DNA from: Octopus bimaculoides
Lineage: Eukaryota
DNA length: 64,000 nt
Direction: 5' to 3'
Assembly (NCBI RefSeq): GCF_001194135.2
Contig: NC_068993.1
Coordinates: forward strand, 42,478,486 to 42,542,485
Under the pieces are notes generated by a model that was not told where the DNA came from, searched no databases, and was given only the letters and a program-made list of their open reading frames with translations. Below are positions 25,377 to 39,993 of the stretch, in pieces. Both the position numbers and the translations under genes were made by a program. Numbering within the stretch: position 1 is the first letter of the stretch; every line of letters begins with the position of its first letter.

Positions 25377-27063
25377 CATACATATTGGAATATGAAAATA
25401 TATTAAACGACAGATGTGTCAATCGTTATAATCTACAAGTTCTATTGGTTCTATCAGCCTTTTTAATGGGAAAATACGTCTAGGCCATCAGAAAAATTCG
25501 ATCAATTTATGGATTATAAATCAAACGTACTTGTATATTTGTAATGGAATAACCCCGACATCAATAAATATACGGCCATGTACCGGAGCCGGAAAAAATC
25601 AGCATAAATAGTTTATAAATATCACACCGAAGACGCTATACTTGTTCATTCCTTTTAACTCTCGCAATAAAATTCATTAGGTGCTAGTAAAATGAGATTT
25701 ACTCTTTGAATGTCTTCCTTTTGCAGCTGTCCAACATGTTTTCGTGTGTTGATGCTTTTTTATAAGCAAAATTGCTGTTGTAAAATAATTAATTGTAATA
25801 TCGTTATCATATTAATGTTGGTAGCATTGCGGGAATTTTACGCATTTGTTGATTCTATTTAAAGCAGATTACGCTAATTCAATGTCAAAGGGTTGGTAGT
25901 TCAATAAAGACAGATTTTTTTTTCTTTTCTGAGAGTATAAGATGCCGTGCAGCCACATAATTATAGCACAAAACAATGGTGTCAAATGTAAATAATATAC
26001 AGAGGTCCGCACGATGATAGAGGCTTGGCTGTTAATGTTTTGCTGCTACTGAAAATAAGGAGGAACTTTTGGACACCAAATGACTTAAAACAAATAATAG
26101 ATCTGTTTCAATCAGAAAACGTGTGATAGTGATACCAAATATTCCTGTACGATCGAAAAGCCAGGAACTTGAAGAAATTGATATTATCAGTATAAAGACG
26201 TGTAATAATGTTGTCAAGGCTTCATGAAAAGAAATTAGGAAATTCGGATATTGTCAAATTTTTATCACATCGAAAATATGATTGAATCAATTCAGAGAAT
26301 ACATGATTCTGCTCTTTTTAGGGATTTTTTTTTTTTCAAAAAATAGATTGGAACACCATAATATAGTGTAAATGCATGACTTAATTGAATCCTCTAGATA
26401 ATGTGAAATGATCAGAGCATCAGATGAAAGTAAGTATTATAATATATATTCAATCAGATCATCGAAAACTTAATGCATACCGTAGATACATTCAAAAGTT
26501 TGAAATGATATCGAAGCTTCACGTAACTCCAAAGAAAATAAAAACAACAGAAAGTAATGGTGATCTTGATGATATGATTGTGTCATGTTTTGATAGAAAG
26601 GATTATAAATCTGATTCGAAATTTCGCTTTTATAGATATAAGCATGCACTATCTTGCATATGGTAAAACTTATTTTTTAATGTAAAAGAAAAACCACTTT
26701 CGTTAAGGAAATTGAAGAAATTAAGAATAAAAATTCTGCAACTATATATGCAATTGGCCTACAATACTACAACGATACACTGGTAGTCAAGTATTTGAAT
26801 TACCCAAGAATCCCTGGATTGATTTGAAGAAATCAAATGTGTGATCTCAACTCAAAACCATTTGATAGAGCACTTAATAGATTTCGGAGGATCATAAATA
26901 AAACCTGACAGTAGTGTAGTGTTGCTTTAGCTGAATATAAAGTAAATCGGATACGAGACATTTTGGCACAGCCGCTTGGCACCGTTCTTTTGGCGTTGCT
27001 GAATCGACGCGGACTCACTTAACATCAAAAAACATCAAAATCTTTGATATTTCATGCATTCTC

Positions 27064-27119
<56 letters not shown>

Positions 27120-27304
27120 NNNNNNNNNNNNNNNNNNNNNNNNNNNNNNNNNNNNNNNNNNNNNNNNNNNNNNNNNNNNNNNNNNNNNNNNNNNNNNNNN
27201 NNNNNNNNNNNNNNNNNNNNNNNNNNNNNNNNNNNNNNNNNNNNNNNNNNNNNNNNNNNNNNNNNNNNNNNNNNNNNNNNNNNNNNNNNNNNNNNNNNNN
27301 NNNN

Positions 27305-27350
<46 letters not shown>

Positions 27351-27959
27351 TCATCATCTCGTTCCTTTACGGTTTGCTTTAAGGTGAATATTGATAGTAT
27401 TACACTTATTCATAAGATTGAGTTTCTAAGAGAATTTCGTTGGTTTCGATGTTTAAAGCGTAACATTATTCTCAAAATTAATATAATGTAATATCATTCT
27501 GGGACAACACCATTACTAACACGTCGAGTCATAGTAAAGCTAAAAAAATTCATTCTTGAATGTCTTTTATATGATCTTCGCGATGTATAGATTATAAATA
27601 AACAGATGTTTCCTTTAGTAGTTAGGCAAAAGACGGGTGGAGTTCTGAGTAAATATATTGTGATTATAATATGTGGGAGTAAATTAAAACATCAAGTTTC
27701 TGATTGATATTTCGTTCTTCTTGAGCTCTGAATTATTTTGTCAAATTAGATCTTAAGAGATTGCGTCATTATATCGAAATGCGCTCTAGAGCACGAAATG
27801 CTACTGCGATAAATATATTTAAACATGCATGTAAAGACTGGGAATTTCTAATCATGTTGTAACTTATGCATTAAAAGATATTTCTATTAACATTTGGAGC
27901 CATTGTTCTCATGTAGAAATGTTGCTGAAGTCATTGAAATATAAGTTAACAGTTGAAAA

Positions 27960-28410
27960 TGATGTAACGAAGAATTTAATTGTTCCACCAACCTGTTTAA
28001 GAACATTAATGATAAAAGCTGTACGCATGATGCTGTTCATTGTGGCTTAACGCCAAAGAGGAATCGGTTGAAGTTATAAGCATGATGACCAAGTTACTGT
28101 GAATCTGTACGATTGTATAGTTATGAATGATATGAAGATGTGGAACGGTACACACACAGTGCACGCATGGCCTCAGAAATTAAAGCATGGATACATGTGC
28201 ACATGAATCATGCTTATGTCAAGAATAATGGAAATTTCATAATACTTATTGATGCATACTGCGGGTGGCCAGAATTAATAATATTTAAGAATAAAGAAGC
28301 GGAAACAGGAAAGCATGTGTTTGCTAGAAATGGGCTTCGAGACATATTAGCGACTGAGAAGGCTTCATAAAGCAAGAATTCTTCCTAAATGAAGGATTGT
28401 CCGTTAACTT
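27960..28410 (+). mobile_element. Ty3/Gypsy integrase fragment
   Basis: AWIHVHMNHAYV...FIILIDAYCGWPE...HVFARNGLRDILATE resembles integrase core W-x-x-VH-x-D...L-I-D-A-Y-S-x-W-P-E...F-A-R-x-G-x-P. Confidence 0.75.
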
Positions 28411-30540
28411 AAAAGCATGCAGATCAAATAAACATTAATAGAACCTTTACTTGGTGAATATGCTTTTAGCAATTCTGTTTGATGCTGAGTTATATGGAGG
28501 CATTTTCATAGGTTTCTATCCGATTTTATCAAATCATGTATATTAAGCACTAATAAAATGATATGTACATTTTGAAGTTCTTTTTCATTTAATTAACTTT
28601 TCTGTGTTGTTTTAACATACTTTCATCTTAAATACTATTAGTGTGATACAATTAATAAGATAGAAAATTATTAAAAATATATATATATATCCAAAATATA
28701 TTTTTAAATTTTGTAAAATTTCGATTATATCGGTAAGCAGTTATGAAAGATCAATACCAAAAACATATCGATAAAAATCACAATTTAATTGCAGTGGGCA
28801 ATTAGGTTATACAGTATCAAGTAATAAAATACCACAAGTTATTATAAAATAAGTATAATCTAGACAGAATAATTAGAAATAATAGCAACAGAGTAGCAAT
28901 ATGTCGAGCTTCTTTAATAAAGGTTTTGTAACCTTGTATCCTGTTTATATGTGATGCATTTATCTCTCTTGCTGTTTTCTCTGATATAAACCTTTTTCCC
29001 CTACAAATTCGGTAATTGGATGTTAACTCGTATCAATACACGGGCGTCTAAGATAATGTCTACAACACTGGTAAAACATGAATGGGGTATTACTTAGTGT
29101 AGGTCTATGTCTGCCCTCGATTTTTATCAGCAAACAGGTTGAAGGTAAATATGTTAGACAGGGTCATTTTCTTAACATCTGGTTTTTTATGTTCTTCACT
29201 TGAAACTACCAACAACTAAATCTAAACCAAAAAAAAAAAATAGATATAGAAGAAAGGCTAAGTACGATTCCACTGCTGTTAAATCTTTTTTTACAACGAC
29301 AGAGTTACAATTTAATACACCCGCGATAAGATAAATAAAGAACGAAAAAAATTCATAACGAATGGGATCAAACTAAAGTTAATTTTCCACGCATCAATCA
29401 AAAAGGCTTAAATTTATACCCGCACTCACGCTACAAATATGGCGCTTCTGCTGCTCTCTGAATGTCTAAAACGAATGTGTTGTGGCCACCGAACATCTCA
29501 CAGTGCTTGAAATAATTGTAAAATATCTGAAATATAAATATTTACTGTGTCGTGTTGAATCCACAATGTTCACAGCATAATAAAACACAATACTACGCAA
29601 AACAAGACCGATTCTATATTACGAGTTCTTTTAGTGACGGACACATCTATGAAGTTTCCATGAATCAGAAAATATTACCGTCGAAAGTATATTATCAAAT
29701 AAACTTTCTGTAGTAACTTATTCAGCGACTAAAATGGAGAAAATGTTTATTCCTCGCACACAATACATTGTTCTTATTCACTCAGCAAGTCACGACTGCG
29801 TAACGTTCTCGATCAAGATTTAATATTTTCCTTTTTGGATATCAAACACCGATAGCCGTAGGAAATTGCAAGAGAGACCGGTGTTATTTAGTTTACATTG
29901 TTGCATGGGGATGTTTATCTTTCATACTTCGTTGCTATATGATATTTGCGTATAGCTTCATTATTCCTTTAAAAGAAGGACAATATAACGTTTCTTTCTT
30001 TATCTTTCAATACTTCCCACCTAATCCCTAACACGTCAGTAACCTAATCAACTAGTTCATCATATGATGGTTATATATGTAACGAAGCTGTCAAAATTCT
30101 CCCGGCAACTAACTGTAGTCATGTTAGTCATGTTATTCATGAATAGTCATGTTAGCCACGTTAATCATGAATAATCATGTTAGTTACGTTAGTAGTCATG
30201 CCTACATTTGTATAGTCACGTTAGTCATGTTGATCTTGTTAGTCTATTCATTAGTCTTTAGGATCACAAGAATCGCTATTTGTAACAGGGGTGGGACAAT
30301 GGGTTATGTTGCGTGCGCGTTTTCTGAAGGTATCAACTCTTCCAATCAAGTCTTACTGTTACTACTGCAGATTGAGCTGTGATGTGGGTGGGGGGGACTT
30401 TTGAGTACCTAAGAATAATCAGTTCTTTTATATGTTTTATAACGGCACATTCTCTATTTCCAACCTACCTCCTACGCACTACTGCAACTACATTCGCACC
30501 AAAATATCCAAGCATTATCTATGAAGATTAACAAGCTACG

Positions 30541-30579
<39 letters not shown>

Positions 30580-30799
30580 CTAGCTGAATCCCACTCAGTG
30601 CACAATGCAAAACAAATCTTCTTTTATATTTAACTATATTCCGAAAACTAAGCATTAGACACTTCTACTGATTATTTCTCTCTAAGACTTCAAACTTCTC
30701 GAAACCCCACTAAAATCCTTTTCCTCTGCAGCTACCATCCTACGATCAACGGCATCCTCTTTTGCAATTTGGATAAGTTTTGCGAGAGCTATAAATGAT

Positions 30800-31030
30800 G
30801 GCTGCGTGGCCTAGTGGCAGGCTATTGTACCCGCAGTCGTAAAGTCGTCAATATCATGGTTGTGTTTCTGGAAAGAGAAGTGAGTTTCATTTCATGTTAT
30901 CTAATCCAATCCAGTTGTTGTAAATAGTAACCTCGCGACGGACTGGCGTCCCGATCAGAGAGTGCATAGTGATCTAGGTCACTTATACGCCATGGAATCT
31001 CGCTAATCGGACTGACGATTCCTAAGGCCT
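30800..31030 (+). mobile_element. Degraded tRNA-derived SINE (family D, CORE/V-like body)
   Basis: GGCTGCGTGGCCTAGTGG head; body motif CCTCGCGACGGACTGGCGTCCCG. Confidence 0.55.
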
Positions 31031-31145
31031 AAACTAAAGATGCTGTTTCTACTACTACTACTACTACTAGCACATGCTACTACTACTAATACGTGCTGGT
31101 TCCATTCTCTACCACTTATTTTCACTCGTCAACGGACTACATAAT

Positions 31146-31526
31146 GTTGTTGTTCGGCTAACGACGTCGAGGGTTCCAGTTGATCCGATCAACGGAACAA
31201 CCTGCTCGTGAGATTAACGTGCAAGTTTTAACGTGCATTCCACAGACACGTGTACCCTTAACGTAGTTCTCGGGGAGATTCAGCGTGACACAGTGTGACA
31301 AGGCTGACCCTTTGAATTAAAGGCACAACAGAAACAGGAAGTAAGAGTGAGAGAAAGTTGTGGTGAAAGAGTACAGCAGGGTTCACCACCATCCCCTGCC
31401 GGAGCCTCGTGGAGCTTTAGGTGTTTTCGCTCAATAAACACTGACAACGCCCGGTCTGGGAATCGAAACCGCGATCCTATGACCGCGAGTCGGCTGCCCT
31501 AACCACTGGGCCATTGCGCCTCTACT
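31146..31526 (-). mobile_element. Full-length family C SINE with 12-bp target-site duplication
   Basis: GGACTACATAAT at 31134-31145 and 31527-31538; body collinear with 11288-11663. Confidence 0.92.
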
Positions 31527-32094
31527 GGACTACATAATAGAACAATTATATTTGTTTCCATATATTATAAATATTGCACTGACATATATCCAGAATAACA
31601 TTTGCACATACATTATTATCTTCCAGCCCCAAATATAAAGGAGATAAACTCAAATCACCTCTTTCGATCCTCAATGTTATCCAGTCCACACATCAAAAGA
31701 CCTTCGATTTGGCTTCGATTAGACATAAAATTCAATTAAAATTCGTTATATCGTTTATCTTTATTTTTTTAGTACTTTAAGTCATTAGAATGCGGCCATG
31801 CAGAAGCACCGCCTTGAAGAATTTTACTCGAATGAATCGACCCCAGTTCTTTTGTTTTTTTTAAGTCTGAAACTTATTCTATCGCTAAGTCACAAAGACA
31901 TAAACACACCAACACAGATTGTCAATAGTGGAGGGAGAGACAAACACAGACACAAAGACACACACGCGCACAAAGACACACACGCACACACACCCACACA
32001 CATGCACACATACATATATATATATGCGTATGTATGTATCTATATATATATATACATATATATATATGCGTATGTATGTATCTATCTATCTATC

Positions 32095-32125
<31 letters not shown>

Positions 32126-32141
32126 GTGTGTGTATGTATAC

Positions 32142-32270
32142 GACGGGCTTCTTTCAGTTTCCGTCAATCAAATCCTTTCACAAATCCATTTGGTCAGCCC
32201 GAGACTATCGACCTATATATCGAGTCACACCACCATCTGGACAAGTCGTAAATTTTTTGCTAATCATTTG
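32142..32270 (-). mobile_element. Family B SINE fragment
   Basis: GACGGGCTTCTTTCAGTTTCCGTC...TTGGTCAGCCCGAGACTAT. Confidence 0.65.
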
Positions 32271-32739
32271 GAGCAGTATGTCATAGCAACTATTTCCTCA
32301 TAGCTCCGTCTCTCAGTCCTAGTTAACATTGTCATGGCTATCGCTCATCTATTCTTACCTCTCTGCATATATGCCCTACTTACTGTAACAATTAATTAAG
32401 CACATTTATATATTTATAACACTCTTCTATTCTTCGTTATTTACCATACTCAGGTCTCATTAACTGGAAACTTCGACACCTGCAGAAATATTGAAAACCA
32501 CGACAAACTAATTTAATTCAGCATTTTAAGAAATCAATGCCAATCCCAAATCTGTCCAACTATAAAACAGAATTCCGAAATCTGACAGCCTATCTCTTGT
32601 TGTTAGACATTGCATCTAATTAGAACTTATTCTGACAAACATGGATACAGTCGCATCAGAAAACATGAACAACTGCCGACTTACCATAAGAGACAGAGAA
32701 AAAAGTATAAGAATTTGCACGCTTTCTACGTATGCACAG

Positions 32740-32779
<40 letters not shown>

Positions 32780-32869
32780 ACATAGTAGAAATACACACAT
32801 ACATACAAACATACATACATACATATATACATATATATATATGTATATATATATATCCGATCCTATGAC

Positions 32870-35280
32870 CTTATTAGACCACATATTGACACTCTTGATG
32901 TCATCATGGAAAGCAACAGTCGCAGGGATGATAAGAATAAGGAAGAAGAAGCAACAACCAGAGGTCCCCTGTGCCGGTGGTCCTACAAAAGAATGGACAA
33001 CAGAGAAATGCATGAGCTACCACTAGTAAAGGAAGGAAAGACTACAAGCAAAAACATAAAAAAGGAAAAAGAGAGGAAGGAAGAGAAAATGAATAAGCAA
33101 CGAAAACTAAAACCGTAACCCCAAACCACCAAAGAACAAAAAAAAAACAAATATAGAGGCCCCAATGGAATCCGCAAATTTAGAGGGTAGAAAAAAATTT
33201 AGAGTGAAGACGACGACGTGCAAATTTTACTTGCAAGGCAAATGTTGGCATGGGGATGACGGTACAAACTTCCAGTTTTCTTACCCGAGACCCAACCAAA
33301 ACAGCAGAGGCCTTAAGGGGAAATACTTCCCAGAGGAAAGGCACCAATCATCTCCAGAGAGAAAGTATGAAGATGCAGTGCGCTCTACAGATGCTATGCA
33401 AATGGCAGCAGCTGAGCATGAGTCTTTTTTGTCCATAACGCAAACGATAGTGCAACAGGTGACCTGTCTACATCAAGCGCAAACGCGGAACCTTGCCCAC
33501 CACTTCGCAAGACCACCACAATCAAAGGAAACGGGATGGCCTCACCTAACGCCAGTACAGTCGTCATACTAATATGTTTAGAAAATATTGAAGGCGTGTT
33601 GCATATACAACAACAAAAGCAATATCTTTTTCCCGAGAGACCTTACTGTATGCTATCAAGCCCTATGCGTAGCACTCGTGGAAACTTATCTGAGGCCTGA
33701 TATGAAGGATGCAGAAGTACGCGCACCAAAATATACCATGCTGTGAACATACAGATGGCAAAGGAGTCATGGTGGAGTTGCTGTATACATCTGTGATTAT
33801 CTCACACTCAAGGTCCTACTGTCATACACAAATTCAATATGTGACGCTCTAGTTGTATACATAAGACAACACAATATAGTCATATGCAATATCTATCATC
33901 CACCGGATGCTCCAAACCACACGGGCAAGTTTGAAGATTGCAAGATTGCCTCACCAGAATAAGAGAAACCCTCATGAAACATCACGTGAGTGTGTTTCTT
34001 ATGGGTGATTTCAACTTCCCCGGTGTCAAATGGCCCAAGGACCTCGTGCTCTGAGGCATGACTCATTGCAAACAAGTTCATGTGGCGTCTCTGCTCAACC
34101 TCACCAATGCCCTATTTATGGAACAAATTGTGCTCCGACCAACCAAGGCGAATAACATTATGGATCTCTGCTTCACAATCAATATGGACATCGTTCATAA
34201 TGTGAAAGTGACACCGACATCAGTTTCGGATCACAACATGATTGAGATGTCTATTTATGGACAAAAATTAGCCAGAGACATACAGCCAAAAGGACGCACT
34301 CAAAATTTCTCCAATCTGAACTTCCACAAAGCAGACAGGAAATCGAACCAAAAAGAGATCCTCAGACAGGACTAACAGAAATACCTCTCCACACCAGACA
34401 TTGGCATGAAACTATATCTCGTGTCTGTTATGCAAACCATATGCCAGAAATATGTCCCAGAGCATAAGGCCAACTCGAAAAGGAACAAGATTACAAAGGA
34501 AAGAAAGATCCTCATGAGACGACGGACGAAGGTTGCAAATCGCTTCAACCAACGTTCCAAAAGTAGTGAAAGGCATTCTTTCATCATGCCAAAGAAACAG
34601 CCTCAGAACGCTGCAAAATAGGACCTCTCTTCCAGAAGGATGGCTCCCTCACAGAAAACCCAACTAGGATCGGTGAGGCACTGAATGACCAGTTCAAACG
34701 TGACCACCTCACAGTGTAAAATTAACAGCGGACCTTGAAATAATCTAGTGAAGCTTCACAAAGAAGATCGTCTCATTGCAACAGTTCAGCTACTGGGAAA
34801 GGCTAACGCAGCTAAGACTCCACTCCCTGGAGCGAAGGCGGGAGAGATATGTAGTAATATACATCTGGAAGATCATGGAAGGGATTGTGCCAAATTTTAG
34901 CATTGAAAGTTTCACAGATGCCAGAACGGGTCGCCACTGCAGAGTGCCAAAGATCCCAGCAATGCCGTCTCGATTCAGGATCAGTTACTGCAACAGCATG
35001 GGTTTCAGGGGCCCACAGCTTTTTAATATTCTCTCAAAGAGCCTGAAGGACCTACACAACGTGGATGTAGGTGTTTTCAAATCAAAACTGGATCGCTTCC
35101 TCTCAAGAGTCCCAGATGAATCTACCTCGCAGCAGGAGGCGCAAATGAGAGTAGCGACATTAAACACCCTTAATTACCAAATGCTACATATCAGAGGGGG
35201 CTCTCAATCACAACAGTGTAGCAAAAAGGCGGTGCCCCAGCATGGCCGCAGCTTTGAGCTGAATCTGATAAAAATATATA
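32870..35280 (+). mobile_element. CR1-like LINE: ORF1 remnant, APE endonuclease and ORF2 C-terminus, RT core deleted
   Basis: ORF1 CKFYLQGKCWHG (CCCH-like); endonuclease ALVETYL..HGGVAVYI..IYHPP..MGDFNFP; NDQFK joins directly near 34700 to the C-terminal SYWERLTQLRLHSLERRRER; tail GGCGGTGCCCCAGCATGGCCGCAG. Confidence 0.85.
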
Positions 35281-37770
35281 TATTATTTTCACAGTAAAAT
35301 TTTCGTAGTTTCAAAGCCTTTCTGGCACGCAGTTTTAATTTTTTATTATTACTTGCTGCCGAATGTAACTGCGCTTACGCGATGGCTTTGATAATTATAA
35401 TTTATAAGTATGTAGCACGTGCGTTTTCGGTCCTATTTGCTGCATAAATATGCATTAATTTTAGCGCCCTCACTGAAGAAGTACGGATGGCAAATTAATT
35501 TATCTTGCACATTGATACAGAAACTCGAGTCTGAGGGTAACTACAAAAATATTCTTTATTTTCATTCCTTTTGAAATTGCTCTTATTCGTGGCTTGGGGT
35601 TTAACTGCCCGTTCTACCATGTAAGGTGTCCTGTCAAAGGTCACCTCTTTCGTGTATAAATACGTAAATTGCTTATACACTATTATATATATGCGTGTAT
35701 ATATATATATATATATAAATTGATATAGAAAGAATTTTTAACAAGCTCATATTGTAGAGATAGAAAAACCTGGCAAACGTATAAAACAGGACAAGTGTCT
35801 CCAAGCAGTCCTTCAGGTTGAGTGTATACCGTTATTACTATTTGAAAACAAGGACGTTGGTATATGAGAAAACATGAGAAAAATAGGTGAGAAGAGAAAC
35901 GAAAAGCTTGATACTTAAACTGGAACGAGAAGAAAGAAAGAAATTCAAGAAAACCAAGATTTGTCTTTCTTTTGTCTGTAGAAATCATAATAAAATCTAG
36001 CTGATGTTGAATAATATAACGGAGAGGAGGTCAAAGTCCCTGCGATAGCTACTTACTCCGGTGAGTGTCGTGACCTCCAGTTCGGCAAAAGAAAATTGTC
36101 CATCAGCAATTAAGTAATGTTGTGGAATTCTTGGATCTAAAGTGAATGTGTTATCTTTCAGCTAAACATGACTTTTATCTCTTTGATCGATTTATATGTG
36201 GCGTAGATTTCTCGACGATTTTCCACTTTATTTTATGTGGTGTGCTGTTGGCTTTCAGATCCAATATATGGCGAGGCAACTTAATGAGTATATTTTTATA
36301 AATGTGTCAGAAAGAAAACTGATGGTTTGTATAACAGCTTTTAAAACTGCCTTCGCAGAAACTGACGTAATTTTTCTTTTCGTTACCTAGGACCACATGC
36401 ATACATACATACATACATACATACATACATACATACATACATAAAAACACATACACACGTATATGCGTGTCTCATGCCGCAACCATCCACACGTTAGACA
36501 TGTTAAACCCACGCATTCATACATGGTAGGTTTCATATTTTAGTTTGTCATATAAATAATTGTCATTATTCCTGTTTTATATCAATTCTTAATCCATAAA
36601 GAATCTTCTGTCATTTGTCATTTATTTGTTCAAATGCATTCATAGGAATATGGAAGGCATAAATGTAGTAATCCCTTGATCGTGTATAGAATTCAGTTCT
36701 GTATAGTCTTGAAAGGATACCTTAAGCTTGCTCAGGTTATAGTCTTCAGATAATTTTTGTTACTCATTTAAAACGAAGACAGGCTGTGGTATCTATCAAT
36801 ACAGCTCAATGTCCTTGACAATTTTAACAGAAAAATACGAATTTCGAACCTGCCGAGTAATCAGTTACCTATAATTTACGTTCTTATGTATTTACATTTA
36901 ACAAAATATTATTTTGAATAGTAACTTTTGATAATGCCGCATACATTCAAATGCCAAATACTTTCTTGACAAGTATACCAACATAATATAATACATGTGC
37001 ATATATAACTGAATCCTAGCTGGTATAGATAATTATTCAAGTCCGCAAGGATATTCATTATTAAAGCAATGTAAGTGAGCTTGTATGTATCTAGTTAATT
37101 ACACAGCTACAATGAATTTTGCTCCAGGGCAAAGCTGCAAATTAGATTTCCAAAATCTTTTACGTCGTTCTTCATTCCACTATATTTCTATATTGCAGAA
37201 ATGATATTGTAAATTATTAATAGGTTTACCGATTTTATTTTTGCGAAAATCCATTATGATACTTATTATCAGAATTAAACAATTTGGAACGTCCAACTGT
37301 AAATTTGCTCAATTTTCGAACGAAAATAGATTTTAATTTCATAAAAATACGATACTGTATTTCATCTGAAAATATAGATTTATGTTGTCAAGTCTAATTA
37401 TCATATGGGTAGGTAAGTATTTACATGCAAGTATCATCATGCAAGAGAATCGCTGTAGCAAAGTCGTTTAGGTCCTACAGGACTGAATGTGTTAAGCCAT
37501 TCTGGTTTCGAGGTATATAAACCACTTCGGAAGTCTCTTGGTAACATTTTATAAATGAGTGAATGAATGTCACATATATCATTTCTATATCGAAGTAGTT
37601 AACAGTGGAGATTACAAGTGTGATACAGAAATTTCAACTGAACCTTAATAGTATCAACCTTCCCGGTTGCAGTGAAGCTACAATGGTCAACAAGTAAATA
37701 TATAGCCAAAAGGTGGATGCATTTATCTCACTAAAGCGGTAATCATGTTCTATGGATACGCATATACACA

Positions 37771-38691
37771 GTGGTGGACTGACTGAGAAGTTCATAAGCT
37801 GACTATGAAGGAACGATGCTAGAGAAGTGAAATCTTGCATGTATTAATTTCAATATTTATTTGACATTTGTCTGTTCAAAGAAGACTTGAAATGTAACTA
37901 GTAGCGACTTCTCTTGAAAACCCACAAAATTTGCCATCATGGTGTTATCAATTACCTGCACGAAAAGGGTTTAGCCCCCAAGTACATTCATGTTAATATT
38001 GTTGCTACATTAGGTGATGACACTTCAGACTTATCAACAGTGCAAAAGTGGGCAGTCTTGAAGATGACCCAAAGTTTGGATATCCTCCAACTACGATCAC
38101 CGAGGAAAACATTGATCGTGTTCACCAGCTCTGAAAAAGGCCAAAGTCGTTTCATTTATAGGGATTAAATTTGGCGTGGAATGAAAAAGGCATTATGTTT
38201 ATTGAGTATCTTCAAAAGAGCCACGCCGTCAGTTGAGAGCTCCATATCAGCTTACTGAAGCGGTTACTAAAGGCTAACAAGACCAAACGCCCAGGAAAAT
38301 TCGCGAAAGAGGTCTTGTTTCATCACGACACTGCTCAAGCATAAAAATCTTTGAATTTCAATAGCTGTTGTTTGTTTATGTGGATTTGAACTAGTTGATC
38401 ACCCAACCTTTACTCCTAGTTTTGCATTATCTGACTGCCATCTGTTCCCTAACATGAAAAAACACTTGGCTGGGAACCAGTATTGCAGTAACGATGACGT
38501 CATATATGCTGTTGGTGACTCTTCTTACCAGCAGGATGAAAGCTTATACACCAATGGGATCCAAGCACTGCGAAACTGACGGAAGAGGTTTGTGAACCGC
38601 AAGGAGGGACTATATTGAAAAATAAAACTCATTTGATGCCTCTCTATAAGAGTATCTTAAGCAGACTTTGAAATTTTTAGGCCGATCCTTG
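37771..38691 (+). mobile_element. mariner remnant with degraded TIRs and internal deletions
   Basis: HGVINYLHEKGLAPKYIH...TVQKWA; FHHDTAQA; HPTFTPSFALSDCHLFPNMKKHL. Confidence 0.8.
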
Positions 38692-38886
38692 TATATATAC
38701 ATAATATGTAATAATACATGATTTGATTTTCTGTCTGAAGAATTTCTAATAGCAGATATCTCTCATGTTTTCTACATGTACAAATTTGTGACTCCTATTT
38801 ACAAATGAAACACGTATAATAGTGACAAATAACACCAAAACTCTTGCCAATTTCATGTTTTCATACACACACACACACATATACAT

Positions 38887-38931
38887 CAGCATGGCCGCAG
38901 CTCTAAGCTGAAACTATAATAAAAAATAAAT

Positions 38932-38935
<4 letters not shown>
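38887..38935 (+). mobile_element. Extremely 5'-truncated copy of the CR1-like LINE tail
   Basis: CAGCATGGCCGCAGCTCTAAGCTGAAAC plus A-rich tail, matching 35238-35270. Confidence 0.6.
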
Positions 38936-38976
<41 letters not shown>

Positions 38977-38977
<1 letters not shown>

Positions 38978-39300
38978 GGCGCAGGAGTGGCTGTGTGGTA
39001 AGTAGCTTGCTTACGAATCACATAGTTCCGGGTTCATTCCCACTGCGTGGCACCTTGGGCAAGTGTCTTCTACTATAGGCTCGGGCCGACCAAAACCTTG
39101 TGAGTGGATTTGGTAGACGGAAACTGAAAGCAGCCCGTCGTATATATGTATATATATATGTGTATGTGTGTGTATATGTTTGTGCCTGTGTTTGTCCCCC
39201 AAGATCGCTTGACAACCGATGCTGGTGTGTTTACGTCCCCGTAANNNNNNNNNNCCAATATCGCTTGACAACCGATGGTGGTGTGTTTACGTCCCCGTAA
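38977..39300 (+). mobile_element. Family B SINE spanning a 10-N gap
   Basis: GGCGCAGGAGTGGCTGTGTGGTAAG...CACCTTGGGCAAGTGTCTTC...GACGGAAACTGAAAG; a ~45-bp segment is present on both sides of the gap. Confidence 0.85.
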
Positions 39301-39575
39301 CTTATCAATTGTCATCATCATCATTGTTGTCACCACCATCACACCTCCCCACCACCACCACCACCACCATCATCATCATTGTCATCACAACTCACCATCA
39401 CCATTATCAATCGTCTTCATCATCATCATCATTGTCATCACAACCATCGCACCTCCCCACCACCACCACCACCACCACCACCACCATCATCACCATTGTC
39501 TTCACCAACATTGTAACCTCACCACCACCTCTATAATCTTCAACCTTAATTCTAACCATTGCTTTTTGTTTTTAA

Positions 39576-39764
<189 letters not shown>

Positions 39765-39946
39765 TGAATAAAATACTTAGCAACATTTCGTCTGTCTTTA
39801 CATTCTGAGTTCAAATTCCACTAAGGTTGACTTCACCTTTCATTCATTCAGGGTCAATAAATTAAATACCAGTGAGACACTGGGGTTGATGTAATTGACT
39901 AGTCTCCTCCCCACAAATTTCAGGCCTTGTGCCTACAATAGAAAGG
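39765..39946 (+). mobile_element. Intronic family A SINE, CpG-decayed
   Basis: CTGAGTTCAAATTCCACTAAGGTTGAC...GGGTCAATAA...CACTGGGGTTGATGTAATTGAC. Confidence 0.8.
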
Positions 39947-39992
<46 letters not shown>

Positions 39993-39993
<1 letters not shown>

